DNA of 58,740 bases, filler included, from Sphacelaria rigidula (taxonomy: Eukaryota): the NCBI GenBank assembly GCA_964200075.2. It is 7 parts of 7 records of this genome, joined end to end, with 100 filler letters (N's around TTAATTAATTAA, not from the genome) between each part and the next. Parts side by side here need not be neighbours in the genome. Positions count along the whole stretch, not along the records: positions 1 to 8,307 come from CAXNAA020011582.1; positions 8,408 to 16,714 come from CAXNAA020011583.1; 5 more parts are not named here. One strand, written 5' to 3'. This document shows positions 1 through 11,357 of the stretch, piece by piece (the stretch's first letter is position 1; each line of letters opens with the position of its first letter). The translations under genes and the position numbers were made by a program. Below the pieces are notes generated by a model. The model saw only the letters and a list, made by a program, of their open reading frames with translations, was not told the origin of the DNA and did no database searches.

Positions 1-467
1 GTGCAGGAGAGATATGCCACTTCAGCTCCATATTTTGTATGAACCCCAAAATATAAAATCGGCTGTTAATTGACCGCTTTTCGCTCTAAATCGTATCCTC
101 TACTCTCGATCTCACGAAAACGTTGTTGGTCGCAGGAGGCATACAATATACACAACAATGTGCCAAAATACCAATTAAATAACCTTCCATATTACTTTAC
201 CGTAAAATCTGCGAAAATGCCGGGTGCTATGAATGAAAAAATACAACTAGATATCGAGGGGCAAACTCTACTCTTGCGTTCTACTGCATCTATGCGCACA
301 GGGATGAAGCGTCAGCTGCCATTCGCGCTGGCTCTCGTTTTCTCCCTCGGCCCGGGGTGCATTGTGTTCGGATGGGGGGCGACTTCCAACCTGGGGCACA
401 TAAAAACTTCNNNNNNNNNNAGATCTGAAACGCTTCGCACTGCCAAATGACGGTTTTAAGTGCGGTA

Positions 468-645
468 CAGAGGGTAAGGTAGGTACCCGGTGCCGGTATT
501 TGGGACATCTCATATACCCTATACCGATACCGACCCAATCCGGTATTTTGAAATGCCATACCCACGATACCTACGATACCACGGTATACCACGGTATGGG
601 ATACCCCGGTAAATACCTGGGATACGCTCGGTATGGTACCTTACC
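468..645. repeat. GGTAT/ATACC-rich quasi-palindromic MITE-like element
   Basis: Dense ggtat/atacc/ggtacc motifs; ends ggtaaggta-ggtacc ... ggtaccttacc are inverted. Confidence 0.4.
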
Positions 646-659
646 TACGGTGCATGTGT

Positions 660-1250
660 AAATGATGTATTTTTCGGAACAAATCTGAACTGTTGTCGCC
701 CCACTGCGCACTGGTGTAAAGCGCAATCCCAGAAGTCAGTGACATGGGCTTGTTGAATGTGGTATACATGACATGTGACCGGAATTTCGGCGCGTTGCAG
801 CGCCTACAGCGCGCGTACGCGGCCGTGCATCCCAAACTGAGCACCTCTGAGGGCGACGTGTGAGTAAGTTCTGTACAGTTTGTCATCATCCAGAGAGTGT
901 CCCATCACGGATGGATGTTTGTTTGCCAGCGCAGCAGCCGCTCAGCTGAGCATAATGTGAAAGTTAGCGCACCAGCCTGTCCTGATATGCGTTCATTCAG
1001 GGTGCGCGCGGTCTGGGCTGTGGGAAGGCCGTTTTGAGGGCGCGTTGATGGTCTTGCTCACATCCATATTCACTTCGGGTATTTCTGAGCAAGGTCCGTA
1101 CGTGCCGCCGACCGGTGCACACCTGTGCCGTGTCCAACCGCCAAGGTTTACGGCAGTTAGTGTAGCCACGGTAGAGGAATCCACGAGCAAAGTTGCTGTT
1201 ATACGGTGGGAAACTGCAGTAGTAGTGAACCATTGAAAGATATATCACGT
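660..1250 (+). mobile_element. Degenerate transposase-like relic, copy 1 (possibly Sola1-type)
   Basis: Colinear with 1790-2310. Encodes YMTCDRNFGALQRLQR, which resembles the GHxxxxCDRxFG catalytic motif of Sola1/DUF7869-type transposases. Confidence 0.3.
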
Positions 1251-1418
1251 GCGGTTACGCCGCGTATCATGATCATCAGCAATTTCCAGCGGATACATGG
1301 ATGCCGTTGGATTGAACTTGGGAACCTTACGGTTCTCTACAGTTCGTAAGCGCAGTGTGATATCGATGGCATTTTATTTTGCTTTTACTTGGGCATGCGC
1401 AGAGGCGACTGAGTGGAG

Positions 1419-4400
1419 ATGGACGAAGAAGCTGCAACGTGCTCGAGCTTCTGCTTCCGTTTCAGGTTTGGCTTCAGGAGGTCGCTATACAAACAGCTCT
1501 TCCTGGTGAGGGAACAACCCGGACGGCGAGTTGTAAATTATGCCGATTTCACCGGCGGGCATTTTCTGACGCCAGCGTGTGCACCTTCAGTGCTTGGGCC
1601 TTCGTCCTCTTCTTGTTTGGATCGGCCTTCGTCTTCCCTACTATTCCGCTGATCTACGCCCGGGTGGTTCGCATGCGCACGATTAAGTTCAATTTCAAAT
1701 GGATTGGAAGGTTTATGGCCAGTCTAAGTTAGGGCCCACCTCGCACGGCGGCTTAATAATGAAGACATTTCTCCGGAATCTGACCTCTATACACTTTGTT
1801 ACGCAGTGCTGGAACGCGCAAACCCAATTTCAGCGACATATGCTTGTTGACCGTGCTTGACATGACATGTGGCAGAAGTTTCAGTGCGTTGCAGCGCCGG
1901 CAGCGCGCGTATGGCCGTGCCTACGGAACTAAGCACCTCCTCTACAGGCGATATGTAAACGGCTTTTGCGCAATTTGTCATTATCCGCAGGGTGCCCTAG
2001 TACAGATGATGATGCTGTTTGCCAGCGCATCAGCCGCCCAGCTGCTCATTATGATTTGGAAGTCAGTGTACCAGCGTATCCACATATGCTTCCACTCGTG
2101 GTGCATGAAGTAAGGGCTGCGGGAAGGCCGTTTCGAGGGCAATGTTGCCGAAAATCGCTGATCGCTATGCTCGTTTTCGTGCACGGCGCGTACGTGCCGC
2201 CCGTTGATGCGCATCCTGTTTGTGTTGTGTCCGGCTAGTGCGCTAAGTTTCTCGGCACATGGTCAAGTAGCGGTGGAGGAATTCACAAGCCAAGTTTCTG
2301 TTTATGAGTGAGATGATACTTACGCGCGCCTTGTACAGACATCTACATACATTCTTGTTTTTATTTTATATCGGCGTAAGACTGCAGGGCCGTAAAAAGA
2401 AGCGAAGAACAAAGGAATCGTCCAAGAGCAGAACGTTGATTGGCCGCCGTGACATCATGCGGCGGGTTGATATCGCGGCGACCAATCAGCGTCCTGCTTT
2501 TGGACACCTGCGTTGTCCTTCGTTTCCTTTCTTGGTCCCGCTAAGAGCGTGTCTTAGACCGTCTTGTATGGCAGCCAATCCGTATTTGTTCTGTACAAAT
2601 ATGAGGATTTTAGCCCGTCGTGTATATCCGATTTCCTGCTATGGATTGAACCATGCTAGACGAAAAACATTGCCCAATGGACTGGGGTCCGAAAAATCAG
2701 TCCACGGGAGGAAATCGGATGTACACAGGCTGAAATCTTCATATTTGTACAGATACGGATTGGTTACCATACAAGACGGTCTCAGTAGCACATTAGTTTC
2801 CGATCGAAAAAGTGCGGTGGGAAACAAAATCCCAATCTGACAGGTCGTGATTAAACCATCGTCGTTAACTTTAAAGATGGTTGAAATCACGACGTATCAG
2901 ATCGGGATTTTGTTTTCCGCCGCACTTTTTCGATAAAAAAATGATGTGCTTAGACACGGCCTGAGTTGAATTGTTGCTCAACCTTTTGAAACAGCTCCGG
3001 CACGTGCACTGAATACACCGTGCAGGCAAACGCGCCGCTGGTTGCCTTGACGCGCAAGCTCGGCATAAAGGGACAGGCAGACGTTGCAAGAATCATGAAG
3101 GTGTTTGATGATGTGGACGTACGTGGGGCGCACAAGTTGGATGTTGAGACATTCTTCGATTATTTTGACATCGAGATCACAGAGTACAACAGACGCGCTT
3201 TCAAACTGCTGGCGTTTGGGGAGAAGGTGAGGGGTTTTTGTTCATATTTCCTGTAGAAATCATCGTTTCCACTCAGTTGATATGGTGCCGATTACTTGAG
3301 GGTTTTATTCGCGGGACTTCTTTTTTTCAGATTTTTTTACTTATTTCTAGATTTTTTTTGTGGGGCGACCTGTAGCTTTGGGCGTAATATATATGGTTTA
3401 TTTTTCGAACAAACCAACAAAAACACTAACCCAAGAGCGAACCCCGACCCAAGGCGTACGAGACCCTCGGGGAAGGGGGGTGCGTAGGTTCCCCTAGGCA
3501 AAGTGTGCGTTGACAGACCTCAAATCGACGCCGCAGGCCCCGATTTAGACAAAAACACGTTCTGGACGAGCTGGGTCCATTGCTCACCTTCCTCGAACTA
3601 TATCCTTTCTCAGAACTTTCTCAAGTCTTGAACCAAGTTGTCATGCTGTCAACCTAGATATACGCCCAAAGCTGTAAGTGTCCTCTTTTTTTCCCGACCT
3701 TTCGAGAGCAAATTAATGAAAAAACCCCAACGCTAGATTTTCGGAGTAATCCGTAGTCAGTCCAAAATTGTTGGATCTCCTGATCTGGTCCGCTCTCAGT
3801 TTTTTTTCGGAGAGAAAGGATTTTCCCGGAAACGTCGGAAAACCGTTTGAAAAAAAGTCCCGTTAATAACGCCCCGTAATATTTTTTGTCGGTTTACTTC
3901 TCTCACATCGTGTTGATCAGCTGTACAGCTACTAGAAAAAAAACATGTTGTATATTGCACTACATGATTGCCCCCCGTCTTTACGATCAAATAAAATCGA
4001 GTGGACGTTGTCATGGTTGCTGACGTTTCGCATGAGCTTGGCATTTAAATCCAGACAGGTCAAAGACCCCTATTCGAGCATTCGAACCCAGCGCATACGA
4101 ATCTCGGGGTTGCGCTTGTACACTACCGGGGCAAAGATGGGTTGACCCGGTGAGACCAGAGACCCGCACAGAGTAAGGGGAGCGGGTAGAGGTGAGAAAC
4201 AAACAGAGACAGAGACAGAGACAGAGACAGAGACAGAGAGAATTTCAATATACACTTGCAGTAAACCTCCCACTTGTATTCGTTTAGTACGTCGATACCA
4301 TGCACGCTCGCAGGGGCCTGAAGGGCGAAGGGACTTCGCATGATATTGTCACTAACACCCAGAAGGGGCAAACACTCGTTTGTGCTTCTACTTGTTCATA

Positions 4401-7400
4401 TGGTCTTTCTTTTGAGGGAGGGCGACTTTTTCAGTTTTGGGACAATTATCCAGTTTTTGGCCTCCAAACAGGGAATATCGCCATCGAATGTGTTGAACAC
4501 TCCACGTCATCCCACCGAGAGTAGTCTAGCCTATTTTCCCGATTAGCCTGGCTCCGAGGTTTCGAGAATGGTCTCTGAACAAAAACCCACCGGGGCATGA
4601 AGAAATGCGGTGCCCGTAGGTTTCTGTAGTGATTCCTCGATCTGTCCATATCGTGCTCACATTTTTCATGTCTAGCTGCTGATTTTTTGCAGAGACTGTT
4701 CTCGAAACCTCACAGCCGAGCGAATGGGAAAAGTGGGCGAGACTCGCCTCGGTGAGATGATGCAAAGTTCCCAAGACATGTGATGACGATATGCCCTGTT
4801 TGGGGGCCAAAGCCTGAATCACATGTTCCAAAACCGGAAACCATTGATCATGACTATGGCAGGCATGATCATGAGTACACCCCCCCCCTCCCCCGAAAAA
4901 CCGACGGCAGCGACAGCCTGGTCCGGCGAAAAACCGGCGTACTCCGTCCCGGCTTGGTAGGGGCGGATCCCCTATGGGGTTGGCATTGGTTGGCAATGAC
5001 GCGCCACTCACTGCGTGAGCTAGGCTACCAGGTTACCGATTTTTCCCGCGCTCGCGTTTTTTGCGGTAACCATGATGGTGGTTGGGCTGGATCATATTGT
5101 GCGGGGTGGGAGAACCTCGACTCCGCGCAAAGGGGATGATCGTACTACGTAGTGTGTAAATGGTAAGACCCATGAAGCAGTGTATAAGCTGTGGCTGTCT
5201 CTGGAAGTGGCAATACAAGAAAATGAAGCAACTTATTAAAAGCTGTCATCCAAATGCAGGATAATCAGCACCCTTCGGGCCGAACAATCTTAGCAGGATG
5301 CAGCTCACCCTTCATGCGACTCGTCGAGCACACCACGGCGCTTCGTGCGTGGTGATTGAGTGTGAGCCTGGTCCGGCGAAAACTAGGCATGCTTCGTCCC
5401 GGCTTTGTAGGGATACGAGGTCAACGGTCTGATGACTATAGCATGCACGATTATGAGTACACCCCCCGAAAAACCGACCAAGAAACAATCTGACACAGTG
5501 GATGCCAAGTTCGAGTTTAACTTTGCTTCATTTCGTACACATCGGGCGTTTCAGGATAATTCGCTCCATCTGTGTACGCTTAGTACCTTGATGCCGTGCA
5601 CGTTTGCAGGGGCCTGGGGGGCGAAGAGAATCTTCTGGTAAAGGAAGCAGCATGACCTTGAACTTCGATCAATTCTTCGTCAGCATGTACAATTACGGTG
5701 AGCGATAATCTAGCTGATAAGAATCGGCTGTAGCTAATTGAAAATTTACCCTTGCCACCGAAACGTCATGACAAAAAATAAACGAACACCTGGAAAGGCG
5801 ACGATCTCAAGGATGGTTTAAAAAAAGAAAGAAAGCGTTCTTGGGGATTGTTCTATTCCTTGCCGATGTCTGAGGGAGAATCGTTGACGGTTGTTTCTCA
5901 GACCCCTCCCGCCTCCCTTATCAGGATAGGCGACTTTCCCGTTTTCTTCTCCTAGCCTAGCTTAGAGGTACCACACACTTTACGGGCAGCAGCAGCTGCA
6001 CCTACAGTAGTGAGTGACCCTATGTACATGGATCCGCATTGAGTGACTTGATCTCTACCTGGCGACTTCCGATAGAATGTGCTCTAGGCAACTCCGGTGC
6101 TGCTGGAAGAGATACGTTTGTCAACCGAGGTTTCCGGTATATTCAACAGTAGTTCACCGTTGAATATACCGGAAACCTCGAGTTTGAGATGCCTTTATAC
6201 TTCGTCGTTTCGCACTGGTGTTTGAGTTTTGGCATTTTTTATCCAACAAAATATAGTGGATGAATACCCACCCACGAATAACCTCTCCTCGTGGTGGTAC
6301 TTTTGCTCTCTCCGTGGTGGCTACTGAACCTCGCAGGTACGCTAATGCACGAAGCACTGGTGCGCTTTGCCTTCGACATCATGGCTCACGGGAAAGATTG
6401 GTGCAACCGACAAGACGTCATGGAGCTCGTGGGCCTTCTGCATTCGGAATCGAGGCGCATCAAGGAGACAACGTCTTCACTCATGGGTATCATGGATCCT
6501 CACAACAAAAACAAAGTCTCCTTCGAAACGTTCAGGTATGGGGAAGGCTCTGCCTCGAAACAGGATGATGTGGAGAATACCGTAGTATTATTGGCGGTGC
6601 CTGTTTCGGTGCCTCAATACATTATACAGATGGAATCGCACACATCGTCGCACTGCAACACGGAGGCGACTTGAGTTGAATCGAAAAAGTGAGAGTTAGT
6701 ATCGGTGGTAGTGATGATGATGCTACTGTGGTAGATGATGACGATGACGATGACGATGACAACGACGAGAATGATACAGATTCGGCTTCCACATTCGCGC
6801 GCTTTCCCCCCTTGATGACAGGAGAGAGGAAAAGAGGCTGGGATCGATGCTGTTTCCCGCCTTCAAACTGCAAAAAACCCTTCGGACTAAGGTGAAAAGC
6901 TACCAGCGTATCTCACTCTAATGATACACGCACACACCGAACATATATACGTAAGTTTCGTTCAACTGCAAATAGCGGGAGGGCGTGTGAAGGCGAGTGC
7001 TGAAGGCGCTCGCCAAGTACCGTGTCACCTTCATTCATGCCTCACAAACTCACAACGCGACGCAGGGGAAAGAAGCACCGAAATTTCCCTACACGTGATG
7101 GTGCATCTACTGTATCTCGACATCACTGTGGGTAATGGTGACAACGTTTTCTGTTCGATCTAATTCTCGACGAGTGACGAACTACTCCGAGGCGACGGGG
7201 GCATTCATGGTGGATTGAAACGGTGAACCAAAAGGAGGAAAACACTTTTGTACAACGCTCAAGTGCCGATGTAAGGAACACATGATACAGAGCGAATGCT
7301 CCTCTCGATGCACTCACGGCTTGATTGGACACTTCCGGCTCGATCACACTTTAGTTGAGCGGTGTTTTCCTTCACTAGTTCTCTTGACATCTTTGTGCTC

Positions 7401-7542
7401 GGAAAAACCGTTACGCGTAAAAACGTCGCCCTACCCCATGTGCTTCCAGGTGCTCGGTCAGGGATATTGGCGGAATGCAACAAACAAACGTCGGAAGGCT
7501 CGTCTTATCGGCACTGATCTGTGTAAAGAGTACTTGAAGTGA
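1419..7542 (+). CDS. EF-hand calcium-binding protein (calcineurin B / neuronal calcium sensor-like), 6 exons, possibly 3'-incomplete
   Basis: Phase-consistent GT-AG exons 1419-1505, 3026-3226, 5610-5697, 6337-6535, 6822-6891, 7450-7538/7542. Joined peptide: MDEEAATC...LYKQLFL|ANAPLVAL...KVFDDVDVRGAHKLDVETFFDYF...LNFDQFFVSMYNYG|TLMHEALVRFAFDIM...MDPHNKNKVSFETFR|REEKRLGSMLFPAFKLQKTLRTK|VLGQGYWRNAT. The last exon ends either at AAG-TGA or at an AA|gtgagt donor. Confidence 0.8.
1790..2310 (+). mobile_element. Degenerate transposase-like relic, copy 2 (in intron 1 of the EF-hand gene)
   Basis: Shares blocks with 660-1250 (catgacatgtg, gcgttgcagcgcc, tgtttgccagcgca, gggaaggccgtttt/c, gtacgtgccgcc). 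Encodes MTCGRSFSALQRRQR. Confidence 0.3.
2556..2782. mobile_element. Fold-back MITE
   Basis: Long inverted arms agaccgtcttgtatgg...ctgtacaaatatga...atccgatttcc and ggaaatcggat...tcatatttgtacag...ccatacaagacggtct. Confidence 0.7.
2803..2934. repeat. Palindromic hairpin element
   Basis: atcgaaaaagtgcgg...aaacaaaatccc...gtcgtgatt is mirrored by aatcacgac...gggattttgttt...ccgcactttttcgat. Confidence 0.7.
3410..3600. repeat. Dispersed repeat, partial homologue of 10730-11240
   Basis: Shared aaagtgtgcgttg...ctcaaatcgacgcc...aaaacacgttctggacgagctgggtc. Confidence 0.65.
4203..4240 (+). repeat. (AGAGAC)n microsatellite
   Basis: Direct reading. Confidence 0.9.
4435..4835. mobile_element. Degenerate fold-back MITE
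   Basis: ttggcctccaaacaggg...caccgag...gaggtttcgagaa is mirrored by ttctcgaaacctc...ctcggtg...ccctgtttgggggccaa. Confidence 0.55.
5395..5480 (+). repeat. High-copy dispersed repeat (cccggctttgtagggat...gaggtcaa.ggtctgatgactat...atgagtacacccc)
   Basis: Further copies near 4845-4890, 8235-8307 (-), 16650-16714 (-), 41870-41910 (-) and 56565-56620. Two contigs end inside it. Confidence 0.8.
6126..6180. repeat. Perfect 22-bp stem, 11-nt loop intronic hairpin
   Basis: cgaggtttccggtatattcaac (6126-6147) pairs with gttgaatataccggaaacctcg (6159-6180). Confidence 0.9.
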
Positions 7543-8307
7543 GTACCCTAAACCCCGTGTGATGGCACCGGGTCCGACGTGAAGTTCAAGTCGAGCGTGA
7601 AAACTCTCACCCCGTACAAAAACAGTGGGAGGTACGATAGTCGCGGTGCAGGGAAGTGGGGAGCGATACTGAAAAGTTACGAGCAGCAGAAAGGGATCCT
7701 GGCGCATCGGGTGTAAACACCGAAGGACTGGTATTGCATGTTGGAAGGATTGTGACCGTAGCAGATGGTGTGGGCAGCAAATTTGTGAAGCAGTTGAAGT
7801 AGATTCCCACAGAGGCATGCGTACATGGACACTAACTTCCTACTGCACGCCAAGTGGCAGTGAGGACCTACGATGCAAGGCATCAAAGCACTAGAGGTGT
7901 CCTCCATTCATGTCGCTCCGTCGTGTCGATGTTAATCGTAGCCCGTCCTTCGAAAGAGACATATCATATGAGAAGACCAGTTCCGAACAGTCGTCCGCGA
8001 GGACCCCCACCTGTGATACCCCCGCACGCCCCTCCGCTGTCACACCCGGGCGATAACCACGGTAGGGGGATGCGACACTAGGAAAACTCGTTCGTGACGC
8101 CCCGCAGCTGTTGCTCCAAAGCGAGAGAGGGAGGGGGCGGGCGGGAGGGGAGCGTACTCATTTGTTGCTTGCCTTTGTTGTTTGATCATTGACTATATAT
8201 CCCTTTAGACAGGGGCACCCTTCCTACTCCGGGGTGTGTGGGGTGTACTCATGATCATGCCTGCCATAGTCATCAGACCATTGACCTCGCATCCCTACAA
8301 AGCCGGG

Positions 8308-8407
8308 NNNNNNNNNNNNNNNNNNNNNNNNNNNNNNNNNNNNNNNNNNNNTTAATTAATTAANNNNNNNNNNNNNNNNNNNNNNNNNNNNNNNNNNNNN
8401 NNNNNNN
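8308..8407. other. Artificial contig linker (N-run, TTAATTAATTAA, N-run; 100 nt); also 16715-16814, 25121-25220, 33526-33625, 41931-42030, 50336-50435
   Basis: Identical 100-nt spacers with stops in all six frames separate blocks of 8307, 8307, 8306, 8305, 8305, 8305 and 8305 bp. Confidence 0.98.
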
Positions 8408-10729
8408 ATTCTGTTGTATGTATGCGCGCCGCAGCGCTGATACCCTTCGAAGAGAATTTGCCGCATGCAACAAGGGGGGCAATGGCGGCCCGCCCCGACC
8501 ACAAACGGCTGTGTGGCAAGGTGATGGGGACAATAGTATCATCCAAAGCCACAAGTGACGGGCGGCCCGCCGGTCGCCCCATCCTGTTGTGGAAGCTCTC
8601 TACCGCGAGACATTCTGCTTGCTACATCAGATGTACACCACCTAATGCGCACCCTGCACCTGAAAACAGACTAGATGAAACTTTCGGTCTTCGTTATGAC
8701 CCTGCAGTTACATACGCGGATTTTCAGCAACACTTCAGTGTTTCGTTTAGACGCCAGACACGTCATTCCTCACCAGCTTCATTGGTCGTTCTGGAGGCCC
8801 GGTCCCAAAAGGGTTAATGCCATGACGAAGTGTAAGGCAACGACCAACGCTAGTAATGCCGTCTCGTAGTATGTGGGGCGAGGGGTACAAGCTCATCGCA
8901 GGGGCAGCCACAACAGATGCTGGTGACAGCGCTTACCTCGTTCGTTTACAGTAGGTAGTTTTATTATTTTGCGAAGTTTTGAAGGGTATGAGAATCGTGA
9001 GCAGTTGGCACTAATATGCTGCACGATACTGGTGACATTAATGGAATTACTGTGAATTAGAGATTGGGCACGGACAGTTGTTGAGCAGATCAGAAATGTG
9101 AAGCAAGACTGCGTTTCGTAGCGGTGTTGTGTGTGCTTTTCTTCATTCTGTCGGCATCAAGCAATTAGCGTTCAGTGGTGGCTGGTCAAAGTAATACCGA
9201 AGCATGAGGAATAGTCGAGGTTTCTGTTGAATTTTCCTGGCTGATGAAGTCACACTCAATACCGTTACCAAGTTGCGCTACAAGCAGTTCCTGGCGATTG
9301 GGTGGTACACGCGAAGCGATTTGTATCCTGCGCTACTGTCTCACCGGTTCGTTTTTTTTAGTCATGTCGAAATTTTCGTCATATTGATTTTTTCCCCATT
9401 TATGTATCTTTTCGTGCGCCAATTACGTGCTCGAATTGCTGGCACTAAGCGGCTAGAATTTACCGCGATTCTGAAGAGATGTGAAGCCAAATCGCGTAAT
9501 TTTCCCCCTCCGGCGGCGCCTCCGATGCCTCCCCCTCACCAGCCGGGGTAGGGGACGTTTACGTGACTCCGCCGCGTTGCCTTGCCAGGCAACGCTGGCG
9601 GAGTCGCGGGCCGGCTTCGCCGCCAGTTATCCAGTTTTAACTGATAACTGTAACTGGTTGTAATTTCATGCAAAAGTGGTTGGCCAACACAAGTTCACAA
9701 CACTATTTGTACTTTTTTCATGTGGAAAAAATGAAAGCGTGATATATCTCGCACAGCCGTCATATTTTTGTCACCGAAGGTAATTTCCAATCGGTGGGTA
9801 CTAACGAATACTCCGTATTAGGTTTTTACACCATAGGACCGTTCAGTTAAAGTGTCGTATTTTCATTCTTTCGCCCAATTTGTCATATTTTCGACCTTTC
9901 TAGAGATTTGTGTTGCGTGACAGAAGCAAGCTGTCATACATTGTGCACAGTCGCATGCATCTTACAACTATTTAGTCGTGATTCACGACTCTTGCGACTT
10001 AATTTGGAAAATGGCGACGACCAAGAGTCGGCTGCCACGACCAAACTCGGGAAATGGCGATGGCTGAGAGTCGACTCCAACGCCATGGAAAAAACAAAAA
10101 AAACAGGGACGACTCAGAGTCGTGGTCGTCGGGCGAGTGATGATGTAAAGGAGGGAAGGCGGACCCCTGAGCGCCCGCCAAAATTCAAACGTGCAGGGTG
10201 CGTATCCCGACAGCGTTGTTTAAAAAACCCTAAGAATCCCCTTCGCTGGAGTACCCGACAACGGCGATCCATCGAGCAGTATGTCTCGGCTGCAAAGGTA
10301 CTCCCATCAGACAGGCGGACGTCAAATCGCCGCTCTGGCGCCCACCCTCTGCGCAAAAAGAGGAGCGCGTACACATTCGAATGTTGTTCCGCATTGCCCA
10401 GACGCAGCTGCGGGTGGCAGAGCTCGAGTTTCATGAGGAATAGGGACCGTTCAGCGGTGTCATCAGCAGCATCATCACCACGAGAGACTGTACAGGACTT
10501 CCGCCATCCGTGTGAGGGTGCAGACGTGAATGTCGACAAAACGTTGATGGAACAGCTCTTGACTCGAGGACCCCACCTTCCTTTGTCCGCCAGCTATTTC
10601 TGCGTTACAGTTAGTAGAGTTCACCACCTCGTCGACAAGAATTGTCCCGGAATTTTATTGCTTTATTTGAGCATGAAGCAGAGGAACTAAAGAAATGTAC
10701 GTGAACAGTGGTTGGTACTATGGAAATGC

Positions 10730-11240
10730 CGCCAACCCTAGAGCTAGCCCTAAAACCCTAAGCCCGACAAAGGCATACCGAGAATCCTTGTGCAAAGGAG
10801 GTGCAAAGTGTTCATTGGATAAAGTGTGCGTTGCCAGAGCTCAAATCGACGCCTTTGAGCCGATTTTGGACCAAAACACGTTCTGGACGAGCTGGGTCTA
10901 CTGCTCACCACTGCTCACCTGCCCCAAATCATGAATTTTCTCAGAGCTTTTTTCAGTCTGAAATCGAGTAAAATCGAGTACCAACCGTTGCTTACGTACA
11001 TTTCTTCAGGTCTACTGGTATGAACATCTATATCCCGATCTTTGTGGGACCGACAGCCCCAAGTGTTCCTAGCGTGCGCAGAACCCATTTTTGTCCAACT
11101 CGGCGCCGCAGGCGCCGATTTGAGGTTCACCAACATCACACGTTGCCTGGGGAACACTTTACACCCCCCCTCGCTGGAGGTTTCTCGGCATGCCTTGAGT
11201 TGGGGTTGGGGTTGGGGTTAGAGTTAGCGTTAGGCCGAAT
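10730..11240. mobile_element. Fold-back element with telomere-like tracts at both ends
   Basis: Left end aaccctagagctagccctaaaaccctaagccc, right end ttggggttggggttggggttagagttagcgttagg. Inner inverted pairs aaggcataccgagaa/ttctcggcatgcctt and ctcaaatcg/cgatttgag. Confidence 0.6.
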
Positions 11241-11357
11241 TCATATGTTTCCGAGAAACCTTTTGAAAGAGTCAATCGATCAAGTGGTGAACTGACCTCG
11301 TAATACTTCGGTTCATCACATACAGTATCAGATTTATGCCATACTCCACTCAAGAGC

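Noticed and set aside
8352..8363. TTAATTAATTAA recurring every 8.4 kb as a biological periodic motif
   Set aside because: It is always embedded in N runs and is a six-frame-stop assembly linker.
9908..10690. 260-aa ORF
   Set aside because: No recognisable motif or splice-consistent context; it may be TE debris.
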